A DNA stretch of 64,000 nt from Phoronis australis (GCA_002633005.1 NMRA01000541.1:200213-264212); one strand, 5' to 3'; positions 40,381 through 53,170 are shown, counted from the first letter of the stretch. The notes: generated by a model not told the origin, from the letters alone. Program-made: numbers and translations.

Positions 40381-43303
40381 AACAATTTAATTTTTTGACG
40401 CATGTTTTCATTCCACGCGTCTTCATGTTTCGTAAAGTCAAAATCAAGTGGCAATGTCCCACCTACTTCATTATCAATTAGAAACTTTCATCTTGACACA
40501 AGTTTCCCGTCTCCTTTACGCTCCCGCGTTGTGGCGTGAGATTACCGATTTCGGTGCCATGAACTCGGGTTACAGCCTTGTCCGTATCAGTTTGACAGTG
40601 ATAGCACGGGGAGAAAGTTGGAAAACCATTGTTTACATAGTCCAGTTTTCTTATTGTTTCTGCTTTCAATCTGATAATCTCATTTTATCCAGCGATTATG
40701 TTGTAAACAACGCGCCTGACGCTTACCTATATTTAAAGAATATTTTTTTCAAACGACGTTCACCAAATGTCGTGAATAAGATGTATTTTTATGAAATACA
40801 ATTACCAAAAATTTTGAACTCGGAAAACCAATGGCTGTCAGAGAAATTAGACTTTAACTTTCAACAGCTGATTCCTTTAGGTGACTAAGTTCTGACCAGC
40901 TCACTACCACAGCATTGTGTTGGTCAGAGAGAATCCTACACGAACCTCGGAATTTTGACGAAATTTCCAAGAAGTTTTGCCCATCTCATCAGTCTGAGAG
41001 GAGTGTAGGATCTGTTTTCTCACATGACTCGTAAAAACGATCTTTTTTTACGAAAAACTCGACGTGTCTAAAACTTTCAGCCTCATGACCCAACTTTTGT
41101 AAAAACATGCTTGCTCAATGTAAAGTAATTCAGTTACTTTTTGTCAATAGTTTTATTTTTGTAAATTGCATTCAGCTTTCGTAGCAAATATTAAAGTTAG
41201 AATCTAATAAATAGTCTTTGAAGTTGTAACATTAAAACTTAAAAAAATGTTTGTAAATAATAGTCAGCAAGGTTTCCCCGCGTGTGAGCACTGAATTGAC
41301 CTTGAGACACCACAACTAGACAGTCTTGCCGCGTTTCTTGACTTGGGGGTCGTCTCCGTTTGAATTCCCCGCCGAAGATGGATCCTTTTAAGAAGTTGTT
41401 TGCACGTCCTTCCGACTGGGAGTACGTACAGTTGCGATACCATGTCATCTTCTCGACATTCCGGCATTGTTTGGTTGGCGCGCGTTTGTTTGTTTTAATG
41501 TTTTGCAGACTATAAAATGTAAGGCGTATGGATTTCTACCGTTCGCCCAGGTCATTAACCAGTCGTGTCCTAACACATTCCAGGTCATGTGAGAAATGTT
41601 TATTCGAACTTGATTCTAGGTCAGATCGTGATGTTGGAAATGTCTTTGTCTTAACAGTTCAGGGTATCGCCCTTCAGATTGTCCGGGAACGTGAAAAATG
41701 GTCTTTTTCTTTTTACCGAGTTCCCGCTGAGACACAAGATGACATCACTTCCGGGAATGTGGTAACTTATTTAACATTGACCCGTGACCTCGTTTTACTT
41801 ACTACCGGTTTGCAGATGACATCACTTCCGGACCAACCCTTGACCCGTTCCTGTAACATTTGAACGAGGTTCCACTGAAATGGGGATGTAAACGACTTAC
41901 TATTCTACTAAACTTTGACCTGCGAAGCAAATAAGTCTGAAATCGTAGGACACGTCCCACTCATTGGTTATAAGTTCGAAAGAGTAAAACTATAAACTTG
42001 TTTATTCTTATCTTGATTCCTTCAAGTTGCTAGGCTGCGAACAAAAATCATCTTTCACTAAGTGTTCAGTTCCATGAGTCATAAATACTGTGAAGTGCGA
42101 TCTGGAATCCAGTCGCTGCGTATTGATTACCGCGCAGTCCTGATAACGTAAGCCGCTAGTTTAACGTCCTAAATAACCCTGATGGCACAGTCGTGGTTAC
42201 AGACGGGCCGGGGAGGATCCTTACTGACCAGGGGCTACCTAATTTAGAGCGGGCGGAACCTCCCAATGAAACTAAACAGTCTCTCCCACTGCCACTCGCG
42301 ACGCATGGCCCTCTCGGTTTACGGCCACAAAGAGAGGTTATAACCCGATCGCCGAAAGCCGCTACTTCTCTGCGGATTTCTGCCGGGCGGGCAGCTCACG
42401 CCCTTTTAAAATTTGTCAGCTGGCCGGTGGGAGTGTGACTCCTCCTACGCCCTTCACCGTTGAAGTATGGTATGTAACTTTCTTCCGCCGTTGATTACTG
42501 ACATCCAACACTATTTAATCCATAGCTGGGGGTTGGAATGATGAGTGCCAGAGCGTGTCCACTGACACGCCGGTGGATCATGCACACTGCACCTTTAGGG
42601 CTCCAACTTGCTCCAAGATCCTCTATGCAATTAAACTGGAGCCGCAAGGGTATCCAGTTTATGTGTGTTACCACGGAGAGGTAAAACATAGAAGTCTTGG
42701 TGAGGGAGAGGCTTTGTACTGGCAGGGAAGGCTGACGCACTCGGCTGGTGGCAATACGGAGATGCAGCAAGAACTCGTATCAGGGGAAAAGATCGAAGAG
42801 TGTGTAACCAGCATGAACTTGGTTGCATCTCCAAATATACATTGCGTGCAATAGTACAAGGAGGAGGGACAGAGACTATCCCGGTGCCTACCTTCTGACG
42901 TCACCACAGAAACAGAAACAGAAACAGAAAATACTGTTTTCAAATTCTACCCTAACGTTCACCCGTGCCTCCAGACTTTGTTTTACTCAATTCAACAAAA
43001 TTTCACACAGCATTAAGGATCCTTGCAAAGGAAGTATGCTGCGTGGCGTAGCTCTCAATAATAAGTTGAGACGCCTTCAGATTTGTGGGTTGATAGAGAA
43101 AGAGCCTCTCCGTCTGATTGAAACAGCAGTAGAAACGTAGTTAGCTTTAATTGTTGATTATGTGAATGAAGTTTCTTTTATCAGGAGGTTGACACATAGA
43201 TGATTAGTTTGAACGAAAAGTACAGGCTGAGAAATGACAAAAAAACACATAGACACTCAAAAGTATAGTTTCCTGTGCCTTTAACTAAAGCGTTATGTCA
43301 TAC

Positions 43304-43458
43304 CTGTACGTATCTTCAGAAATGTTCACCTTGTTTGATACACCTGTGGTTTCTGTCCGACTGCTTAAGTTGACTGTGTTACCAAATAGGCAATATCTGG
43401 GAAGCTTCTTGCCTATGACCCCGGCTACTACCTCTCCAGAATGGACACCTATGGTTAA
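43304..43458 (-). CDS. GUCY1B1-like: Soluble guanylate cyclase beta-type subunit, catalytic core exon
   Basis: tttctag|TTA acceptor and AG|gtatga donor. Encodes [52 protein letters not shown], the class III cyclase signature. Not in the ORF track. Confidence 0.95.
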
Positions 43459-43478
43459 CTAGAAATGTGAATGGTTAA

Positions 43479-43759
43479 NNNNNNNNNNNNNNNNNNNNNN
43501 NNNNNNNNNNNNNNNNNNNNNNNNNNNNNNNNNNNNNNNNNNNNNNNNNNNNNNNNNNNNNNNNNNNNNNNNNNNNNNNNNNNNNNNNNNNNNNNNNNNN
43601 NNNNNNNNNNNNNNNNNNNNNNNNNNNNNNNNNNNNNNNNNNNNNNNNNNNNNNNNNNNNNNNNNNNNNNNNNNNNNNNNNNNNNNNNNNNNNNNNNNNN
43701 NNNNNNNNNNNNNNNNNNNNNNNNNNNNNNNNNNNNNNNNNNNNNNNNNNNNNNNNNNN
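43479..43759. other. Assembly gap (N run)
   Basis: Run of N, 20 bp from the sGC exon boundary at 43458. Confidence 1.
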
Positions 43760-43943
43760 ATAATTTGTTCAGTCATTCTTAACTTGTTCATAAACTAAAA
43801 TAAAAAATCTTGCCTCTCTCGTAGTTTCTGCTTACGAAGCATTACAAGAAGTTCACTCGGTCCTATTTTCCTATTCTTAGTTGCCTCAACTGAACATGTA
43901 TAATTAGCTTGCAAAAATACGACGTAAATAGCTTGTATCATAA

Positions 43944-44700
43944 GGCCTTTTCATACTGACGTAAGCTCCGGTCTGAGCGGAGCGTCGACGTAAACTGAGA
44001 AGTTAACTAAAACCGTTCATACCGGCTTCGGTAGTTGACGGACATCGAAGTAAACGGTAGGTGACGCTGTTGTCATATAAGTAATCGCAAGGTAGTGCTG
44101 CATGCTAAAGCTTTTTAATGTGACAATTTGAGAAAGTTTACATGTGCTAATTCACATAAACTTATTTTTAATTCAGTTGGTGATTAGGCCTATTCGTGCA
44201 AATTATAAGGAACTATTAGCGACGACATTATCCTTTAATTGTTGATGATAACATTGGCACCTGGCGATACCTTTTATGGGACCGAAGTTGATCGCTCATA
44301 CTGCACCGCAGCGTCGACATTCCGCTGTTAAATCTACATGTTTACTGCGACGTTAAATGGCGCTGTTAACTTCGATCTAGGACCGAAGTTAACCGTTCAT
44401 ACTGACCACAACTCCCCAAAACATAGACGCGTCGACGTTAGTGTGAAAGTTATCGCCAGGTGCCACTGTTATCGTCAACAGTTGCATATATTTTGCTCGA
44501 ATAATCATCAATCTGATTAAAAATAAATTTTATGTCAATTACCACACGTGAATGTTCTCAAAACTGTCACATTAAACAAAATCTTAACATGCTTCACTAG
44601 CTTGCATTTACTTCGATTACAACAGCGTCATTTACCGTTGACTTCGACGTCCGTTAACTACCGAAGCCTTACTCTGTCTTCTGATGTACTACGAACTCGC
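43944..44700. mobile_element. Foldback / MITE-like element (possibly PIF/Harbinger type)
   Basis: Starts ggccttttcatactg. ~44080-44275 is the inverted complement of ~44445-44620 (e.g. ggcacctggcgata / tatcgccaggtgcc). Confidence 0.6.
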
Positions 44701-45959
44701 CACATTGGGATCGAAAAAACGACTTATCCGAGTGACGACTAGAATTTAAGTAGTCATTTTGACGACTTTTAAAGGGAAATACTGACTTAGCAATGGTGGC
44801 TGGCTATATCAATTTCCAGTTTAATCATAGATTTCTGATGATAAGAACGTGTAGTTTGATCAGTACAGATAAAGGCTGTTTTCGTCACAATTTATGTTTC
44901 AAAAATAATTTCAGTGTAAATGTTTTTTGCCATCTACCATCAAACCCTACAATTAAGCAGATGCGCATATATGCGAAATAATGTTGTGTTGTTTCGCAAA
45001 ATTGCTCTACTCAAATGTTTCGCCTGAGCTCCGTAGTTAGGCGTATGCGATTCCCATTGTAGGTACGTATTTATTGGCCGTATCTTTGTCCACTGCAGCA
45101 CTCAGCAATAGAGTAATACAATGGTGCAAACTTATCACGATAAAGCATTCAAACAAAACATCAATCTGGACAAAATACATAATCAAAAAATACAACTTAC
45201 CTGCGGAAGAATACATTCATTACACGAGAGACATAGTATGCGCATGCGTATACAGTACATATGCGCAATAATTAGCTTTTCCTTGTCACTACGAGCGCTC
45301 TCTTGCATGAACTCAAGCTGTCACGATTATAATTGTCGCGTATATGCATGATATCATAGATCCAAGGACTTGCGCGTCAATGTCAGAATCGACAGTTTCC
45401 GCTTTTGAGCGACGAGTTAGGCAAAAACGACGATTTAAATCGACGATTTTTACTGCGAACATTTAATGAGCGTATAATCGGAAACAAGAAGCAGCTTATC
45501 ACATTGCAATTCCAGCACATATTCAATGGAATTCTCCGTTTTGACAGTCACATGATTTGTTCTGATTGAAGTTGGCACATGTGCAAGTACAAAACACCTC
45601 CGGGGAAGAAGCCGAAATACCACAGGTGCTCTAGCAGACGCCCTCGGAAGAGATTCATTTCCTCTCACAGGGATCATTTCAGAAAAAAGTAGGCTATCAG
45701 TCAGTAGATGGCCTCAAATCTACTAATGGTCCAATTTTTCAGGACCTATGAATCACGTTATTCGAATGTCTGCCCTTTTTCAATTATATATTTGGGAGTT
45801 GGCATTTAAATGTGCGTGTTTTCGTCTGCTGCATTATTAGTGAATTAGTTTGAACGGCTAACAGCATTTTAATTTAATGACATACACAAATCCACAGTTG
45901 GAATCTGCATTTTCGCAATATGCTCATCCCCTGCACAGAAACTATATTGCTTTAATTAC

Positions 45960-46106
45960 CGTCAAATGGTTCGCGTAGTCCATTTCGTTTTGAAGGCATG
46001 GAAGCTGTAGCATGTCTAATGCGAGTCTACAAACACATGGTGCGTGATCTTGGTAAGTCTCTGGTACTCCACATACTGTCATGTACTTACTACCAGCTGT
46101 TTCAAC
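45960..46106 (-). CDS. GUCY1B1-like: Soluble guanylate cyclase beta-type subunit, catalytic-domain exon
   Basis: acag|GTT acceptor and ACG|gtaatt donor, 147 bp, phase 0/0. Encodes VETAGSKYMTVCGVPE...HAPCVCRLALDM. Confidence 0.93.
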
Positions 46107-46556
46107 CTGTGTCAGAGTAAAGAACATTTGCTTCAAATCAGATTAAAAGAAATTATTAACCGGGACGGGAAGTTTTATTTTTGATTGTCTTTAGTTAGCG
46201 CCGGCCCGTCCCCCAAACTGGAAGGCTTTGATAGAAAAAGATAAAACTAGGCAACCCAGGCCGTCGGATTGGCTCTCGAAATTGTGCAACAAGATTGTGA
46301 ATGAAACAATATAAAAATTGTCCAAATGTTATTGAAAATCCCAATACAATTTACTTGAAGTCTGGGAAAATTCCACGATTCCGTTGACATCGAAGATATG
46401 TACTAAAAAGCAACGACTGGAAAACAATCGGCAGTGATGAGCGGCGCACCATAGGGGGCTGGGGGGGGGGGGNGGGGGGGGGGTTATAGCTGCGCTCCCA
46501 TGCATAGGCCTCCCTGGGTTGGTTTATAAGCATACGTTATTATGTGTGCGAGTTAC

Positions 46557-46794
46557 CTTATAAATTTTCCTATGTCTGTCTTTTTCAAGAAGCTCGTCAA
46601 ACTTTGTGAAGACAATGTTTAGTAAATTGACAACTTTCATAGCTCCCCCACTGTCAGAGTGTGTGGCACAGAACTCGGAGAAGCGAGTGATACCAGTGAA
46701 CATGACTGTGACGCAGGCGAACTTTTTGGCGGGAACAGGTCGTTGGTGTCTCAGCTCAGAAGCCACTGGCGGAGGGAGTACAGAATACATAAGT
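46557..46794 (-). CDS. GUCY1B1-like: Soluble guanylate cyclase beta-type subunit, start of the catalytic domain
   Basis: tttcag|A acceptor and AAG|gtaact donor. LMYSVLPPPVASELRHQRPVPAKK...VTVMFTGI...GAMKVVNLLN parallels vertebrate beta1 ([24 protein letters not shown]...FSGI...GAMKIVNLLN). Confidence 0.95.
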
Positions 46795-46878
46795 CTGAAA
46801 GAGCACGGTAGGCGGTACTTTGCATCGATATGCCACAGAGATTAAACTATCAGCGCCCAGAAGTATAAAACTTACACT

Positions 46879-48119
46879 TTTATGGTTGGCGCAGAGCGAC
46901 ATATTTCCGTTTTATGTCAGACATTAATATCCACCATTGTTCTATTTATATATGAAGTAAATGGTATTTATGTCTGACATAAGTCAGCCAATGAGTATTG
47001 TTGATACCTTTGTGAACGAACAAACTTCAAACACCGTCGTTGACATCACACATGAAAAACGACATGGTCCTTAAGACGCGCCATGTTTGCAAAGAAAGCA
47101 TGGAGAATGTATCGACGATTCTCATTAGCTGACTAATTTCATTATAAATAAGAATTTTGTCATTTATAAGTAGACTAATTGCAGATATTAAATTCATATC
47201 TGTCATTTAAGACTAATAAATAAAATGCCTCGAAATAAAAGAACCTCTTAGCCCATCTGTTATTAAAATCTTCGTATTACATTATTGTAAAACATTATTT
47301 TTTTTAATTTTTGAAATATTCAAAAGACTTCCCTGTTAAAGTAGGTCAAATTCGGAGTCGTGTTTTTAAGACGCTGCCGATGTATATGAAATTTTCCTAG
47401 ACATATAAATACTTTAATTACGTCTTATCCTTCAATTTCCAACAAAAATATATCTAAATTTGACAGCTGTGAAGAGCTTCCGGTTTTGTTTATGATCCAA
47501 TCATCAACTGAAATCCAAAAACACCTTGTTAAATAAGCAATTCCAATACAGATGGGTAACGTCCTCTAGCACTTCTTTACAAAATGTGCATAGATTTGTA
47601 TCTTTAACTCCAATCTTATGTAAAAAATAAGTTTGTTGGTGTTAACCGATATACGAAAATAATCTGAAACCATCTCAATCCAGTATCACTTGTAACTTGC
47701 AAAGAATAAGTATACGCCTTTCTCCACCAACCAGGAGATGCATCAGTAAGTGTACGCCTTTCTCCACCAATCAGGAGATGCATCAATATCTAGGTCAGTT
47801 TCCCATTTATATTCATGTATAAGCTTTTTATAAATAGAACTAGTTAAATAAGAATATGTTTGTTTTTTCGCTAAACTTACAAGTAAATTGGTTGGCATTA
47901 ATCAATTGCGTACGATATTACTCGAAAAATATGTCAAACACAAATTAGTTTATGTAAGACATTAATATCTATGTCTCATGTAAATCTGATATATGGTCTG
48001 ACATAATTCGGATTCATGTCAGACCAAGTCGGATTTATATCAGACATAAGTCGGATTTAAGTCAGACAAAATTTGGGCTTATGTCAGACATAAATTATTT
48101 GGCACTGCGCCAATGATAA
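46879..48119. mobile_element. Non-autonomous DNA element with TIRs and subterminal tgtcagacat motifs, in an sGC intron
   Basis: ttggcgcag...atgtcagacat at the left and atgtcagacat...ctgcgccaa at the right, with repeated (a)tgtc(a/t)gaca motifs near both ends. Confidence 0.5.
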
Positions 48120-49653
48120 CTGTTGGATAACAACAATAACATGGTATTATTAAGCTTCTCGTTGCCAATGTTGAGAATGTGCTTGTTGTTGTCCAACAAT
48201 CAAGTTATCCAGTCGATGCGTGTTGAGCTTGTCATCGCTTGTTGATTTCTGTAAAATTAATTAATGTTTCTATATGTCGCCATATTCTGACGGTCTGGCA
48301 TAGATCCGAGAAAATGTGGCAACAGAAAACCGTAACATCCGTTTTGTCGAAGGAGACAAATTTGACGATTATTGGCAAAATTCTTCCATGAGCTCATTTT
48401 TGTGTTGCATTTACAAGACTTTGTCATCTCTGCCTAATGACAAGACCTCTAGTCCATTTCAATGTTTTCCAAACCTGCTTACCCACAAACTTTCCTTGCA
48501 GTCGTCTGATGAGACACAGTCTTTGGTTAAACAAATCTGGCGACTAGATTTCCCAGTGGGCGGAATCTCAAGCTTATGCAAGACCATATCGACATGTGTA
48601 TGCATATGCAATTAGCAAAACGTTTACTACAGACTTTAACTCTGTAAAGGTATGTTTTCTGTAAAGATAAACCTGTAGAATTTGATTTATGACTTTTTAC
48701 CAATCTATTATTAAGTGGTCACATGACTGTGTATTTTCAATAGAAAATTAGCAAAAACAAAGGCACGTTACTAAATTCAATTTAGAAAAGTATCGCAGTC
48801 TAAGTTATTCCGAGCACAGATTATGCCCACGGTTAGCTCTACATCGGCACTATACGATTTTCCTTAAAAGGGTTGGCTTGTTACCGACTAGTTCACGGTA
48901 AGCTTTCACGTACTGACAAACGCTTATTAAACATTCACGGCAGATAGGACGTCTAAGTTGTGCTCTCTTCTGATCCGACGTGCCCTTTTATTGGAAATTT
49001 AGCGTATGTGCGCGAAACATTAGTTGTGCAGACGCAAATGTTGTAAGAAGACAGATCAGGCACATCCTATCTGTCGTTTTAGGAGTAGCTTAACGTCCAT
49101 GTGCAAAGTACTGATATTCTGACCAATCACGTACGATCACCTCGTGGGAGTACAAAGTGGCTGATCTAGAATACCATAAGGGGGGGGCGACATGTTGTCT
49201 CGGGGAACCGGGCAAAGTGCGACGATTGTATGTGCAGCAGGCAATAAGTTGCGGAAGACGGGTATGTGAACCATCTGTTCCGAAAATATACCGGTGGACT
49301 AAAAAAATGGGACCGCCGCGATCTGCGGCGCCCCCTTCTCCGCGTCCTAGTTGCTTTCTCAATATTTCCTCGCGCTTCACGCTCTTACTCTTCCATTTTT
49401 GCTTGCGGAAGCCAAGGGGGGGCCCTGCCCCCCCTAAATCCGCCTATGGTACACGTAGGTTGTGATGCACAGACGCAAGAATCTCGCAAACTGTCGCCGT
49501 GTATTGCCGAGATTGTTGCATACAAAGAACGCAGCCGATCGCGGTCGTCAATGGAATGTAGGCTTAAAACAATGAAAAGTTAGATCTGTCGTATGATTTG
49601 AATTCGGAAGAAAAGAATGCTGACACATCCGTTTTTGATACGCATTAATATGN

Positions 49654-51259
49654 CTGACGGCAGACGGAGGTATTGAAATTATCCAATGACGTCAATGGTT
49701 TCACACGCAGTCTGTTCAGCAGTTCACAACACGGGTTACCGGTGTCAGCTTATCGTTTGAATTCATCGTTTAACACCAATTAATCATCAAACTTCGATGT
49801 AAAACTCTTAAAAATACACCGAGTTCTTGCAAAAACGTGTTGTTTATTTCGCTGTTACGGATTTATTGGTATTTGGACACACCGTAGCCTACAAAGTTCG
49901 GCAGGCCAATTTACCAAGGTCCGTAGGAGGAGTTTGGGGTCTGTTCAGAGATAAATTCGAAGTATTCTTCCGTGAAATACAGACAAGAGAACCCAAATCT
50001 GTGTTGTTGAGACTTGCGATTGTTTGAGTTTTAAACACACAAAACGCTTGTTATCCCAGCCAGTGGCTCGGAACCCGATCAGGCCAGTCGCGGGCGGACT
50101 GACTCGTTATCCTGACCAGTGGCTCGGAACCCGATAAGGCCCCTCGCGGCCGCCTGGACTGGCACAAACATAAACCATCTTGAGTTGGAAACTAAACCTC
50201 CATTCACGAAAAGATTAATAGTGTGAGCCAAAGAAATAATGTACTCCTAATTAGTTACGTGAATTAGCCACGAAACTGAAAATCTACTTACTTATCGGGG
50301 CCGGGAATTAAGTCGGGTTCCCCTTCCACAGACAGGCAAAGGTTGTACATTAACAATGATTTGAATAATGTATTTGTATAAAGATTGCATTAACATGTGA
50401 CCATAGCAAAAAACGAGTAATTGTTTCACATCAGCTTTCTGTCAGCAAACACTGAATTAGCATGCACGCACACGGCCTCGGTACCCGGTCAATTACCTTT
50501 ATTGCCGGCATCAAAAGCCCGGTAACGCAGTGGTTTATTCATTGCTGGCTTCTCAATATTTGCACTCATGAATACTGCAAAGGTAATACAAATTGTGTCT
50601 AATGAAACAGACTTTGTGTCACTTTTATATAAGCATTAGTTAGGATGAGAATGATTCATTTGGAACAGAACGCAGAATACAACTCGCCCGGCGCCAATCC
50701 CGACTTAGTCAAGAGCTCATCCGACGAAGACTTCACCGGTCGGATCGTTAGCTAGGTTTCATCGAGGCTATTAGTTCGAACCGGAATACCATGATTGATC
50801 AAAAAATACTACAGAGGCACAGTGAGCATGCACAGATAACGGAACGCATGGATAGTTCTTTGGTAAGCCGTAATTCGTCAGAGAAATCACTGTCAACGAA
50901 ATGCCGGCCACAGACACGGAAATGATTCGCGGCCTCGTACACGCTATTAGCAGTGTACCTTTCATTCTTCACAACCCGCGAGCCACTTCCTAAGCATTTC
51001 AGGCTCTAGAGGAAGTCGAGAAAACGATATACTCGCTTTCTTCGCAGCTTCATAGTTCGGACAAGCGGGAACGATACACCGCATTGTAGCGGCATTCACT
51101 CTGCAGACGAACCACTGACGTCGCTGCGTCGTTTCTCACCTTCCTCACAGGTTAAAGCGACACCTCTCGGCAAGGTGAGGTCGACCATTTAAGAGACGAT
51201 GTGGATATAGACCGATTAAGACGGTAAAAAAGACTAATTAAATCGGGTGGCATTCTCCT
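49654..51259 (-). mobile_element. Second, inverted copy of the 21055-22666 Kolobok-like element
   Basis: The end cgggtggcattctcct-TTAA (TTAA at 51260-63) is the reverse complement of the 21055 terminus. Co-linear similarity runs to 49654, where it stops at a single N. Confidence 0.88.
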
Positions 51260-51565
51260 TTAAGACAATCTGACCCGAAATTACCCGTCATGGTGGCTAG
51301 GCGGAAGCCGAATTTAGCGTCAGAGTAATCTTCACGTATGACCGAGAATGAAAGGGAATTAATGGGAAGCTGGCATATCCATTTTGTGACAAGAATTTTG
51401 CCGTTTAATAATTATTGCTGTTCACTTTTGTCGTTAATAGAATTAGTCGACATGATTTGGAAGATATTTTATCTGAATACTTTTGTCTTGCACGGGTAGT
51501 CCTGACTATTTCAGTCACAGTTTAATATTTTGACTGAGATCGTTAGTAGGCTTGTGACAACATAC

Positions 51566-52101
51566 CTGTCCGAACGTGACTTTTCTTGTTCAAGATCGGA
51601 ATACGTTTGTTCAAGCTGTTCATTCAGTAGGTTTAACCTTTGAGTAAGTTTTGTCTCCGCTCCGGATTGTTCCGATAACAAGACCAAGTCTCTGGTAGCA
51701 TCGTGTATGGGAATATCGCTTAAGTATAATCCGATATCGTCCAAATCCTCCAACGTATTGATACGTGGTGAACATAAGAAGAACGCACTGTCCGAGTCCG
51801 GTAAGGTTAGCATCTGACCTTTCAGTGCTATTGACACGGTAGTCGTCTCGGACATTTCAGGAACAGTTTGCAGCACAAAGGATCGGTCTGAAAGTTTACG
51901 TATTTCCTCGTAAGAAACATTTGAAAGCTTTGGAGAGATGATGCTGAAATAGTCGGTTAGCATACCTTTTCCACTGATTGAAGCAGACGATATCAACCTA
52001 GACAACGAATCGCCAACTTGTTCGATGATCAATGATCGGTTGAATAAAATATGGAACGGAAACAATTCGCGGAACGTGGACAGGTTTACGAAAGGCTTCA
52101 T
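51566..52101 (-). CDS. GUCY1B1-like: Soluble guanylate cyclase beta-type subunit, PAS/H-NOBA plus coiled-coil exon (5' boundary uncertain: ATG at 52101, or an acceptor at 52106 or 52103)
   Basis: TFRELFPFHILFNR, LKGQM, FLCSP and GLYLSDIPIHDATRDLVLLSEQ are H-NOBA signatures. Donor GAC AG|gtatg at 51566. Confidence 0.9.
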
Positions 52102-52639
52102 AACTACTGAGTTCAACACAGATAGGCATGTGTCACCCTCTCACAACTCGTATGCATGTAACGTCCAATGCAACCAATATGATGTGATCTAAATGGTTGT
52201 CATAGTTACCCTAGAGGTACGGTAGGTGCGTAGATTGAACGTGACAACTGAAGCTTCTATTTACAGCGTGTCCACACTAGAAACAATTACTGAACTGTCA
52301 TGTAATTATTCCGTCAAGATCGGCAGTGTTATCTTCATTGTCATTGTAGACAATAGCCAATCTCTGTTTGTTGAGACTTATGACGAGCGGGACAAGGAAC
52401 CGAAAGTGGTGCCGGGCGAAAGTGGTGGCGATCGGATTCAAAATTTGACAACCTGGTTTTATAATTACAGAATGTAACGACAATCTAGGCAATTCAAACA
52501 AAACGTTTTTAGATAATGATTCATATCCGGGCTTCATATAACCAGCACGTCTACAAATAATTATACATTTCGTGCCTCACACCTGGCTATCGCGTGCGGT
52601 ACAAATTTGGTTATCGTATATTTCACTCAAGTCTATGAA

Positions 52640-53170
52640 GCGCCAAAGGGTACTTAATCGAGTACCTTTCTGCGCTTAGAAATGTGCATAATCTACGCGT
52701 ACACTTGCTTAATCTATGCATACTTTTAGTTAGTAAACGACCATCGTTCTGCTCTTAATCAATGCGTACTTTAGACAGTGCCACCGTCTCGACTGGCCCC
52801 AGTAGAGGCGGTGAAGCTCTTGTGGCATCTTCATGCGCCGGAAGCCTTTCGGCGAATCACACTTCACACTGATTAAAATATCTAACTTACGTTGCTATAA
52901 GTACCTTTTGCGCACAGAGAAACACTTTATCGGGTCAATGTCTTTACTTCCTTCCAACTTGAGCTAAGTCCCGTGGCGCGCGCGGTAAAAATAGAGCGCG
53001 ATTGAACTATATGAACTGATTAAAAGTACGCGTTGAATAAGTAAAATGACGCGTAAAATAGGCAAAATTGCACGTTGAATAAAAGCAGAATGATGATCGT
53101 TTTAGATGTAGGCCTACACGTAGATTAACCAAACGTACCGCACCTTTGATTCATCTACGCGTACTACGTC
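52640..53170. repeat. Imperfect inverted-repeat (MITE-like) element upstream of the first visible sGC exon
   Basis: taaacgaccatcgttctgctcttaatcaatgcgtacttt versus aaaagtacgcgttgaataa...aaagcagaatgatgatcgttttag. Confidence 0.45.

Noticed and set aside
43170-43227. Alternative short terminal sGC exon after an acceptor-like tttctcag on -
   Set aside because: The peptide has no cyclase similarity. The conserved KGK-containing terminal exon is at 33150-33270.
48500-48550. Possible hammerhead ribozyme (ctgatgagacacagtctttggttaaac)
   Set aside because: The GAAA core reads TAAA and stems II/III do not pair convincingly. At most a dead relic.
52170-52540. Candidate H-NOX exon directly upstream of the sGC PAS exon
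   Set aside because: The minus-strand frames hit stops and show no H-NOX motifs.
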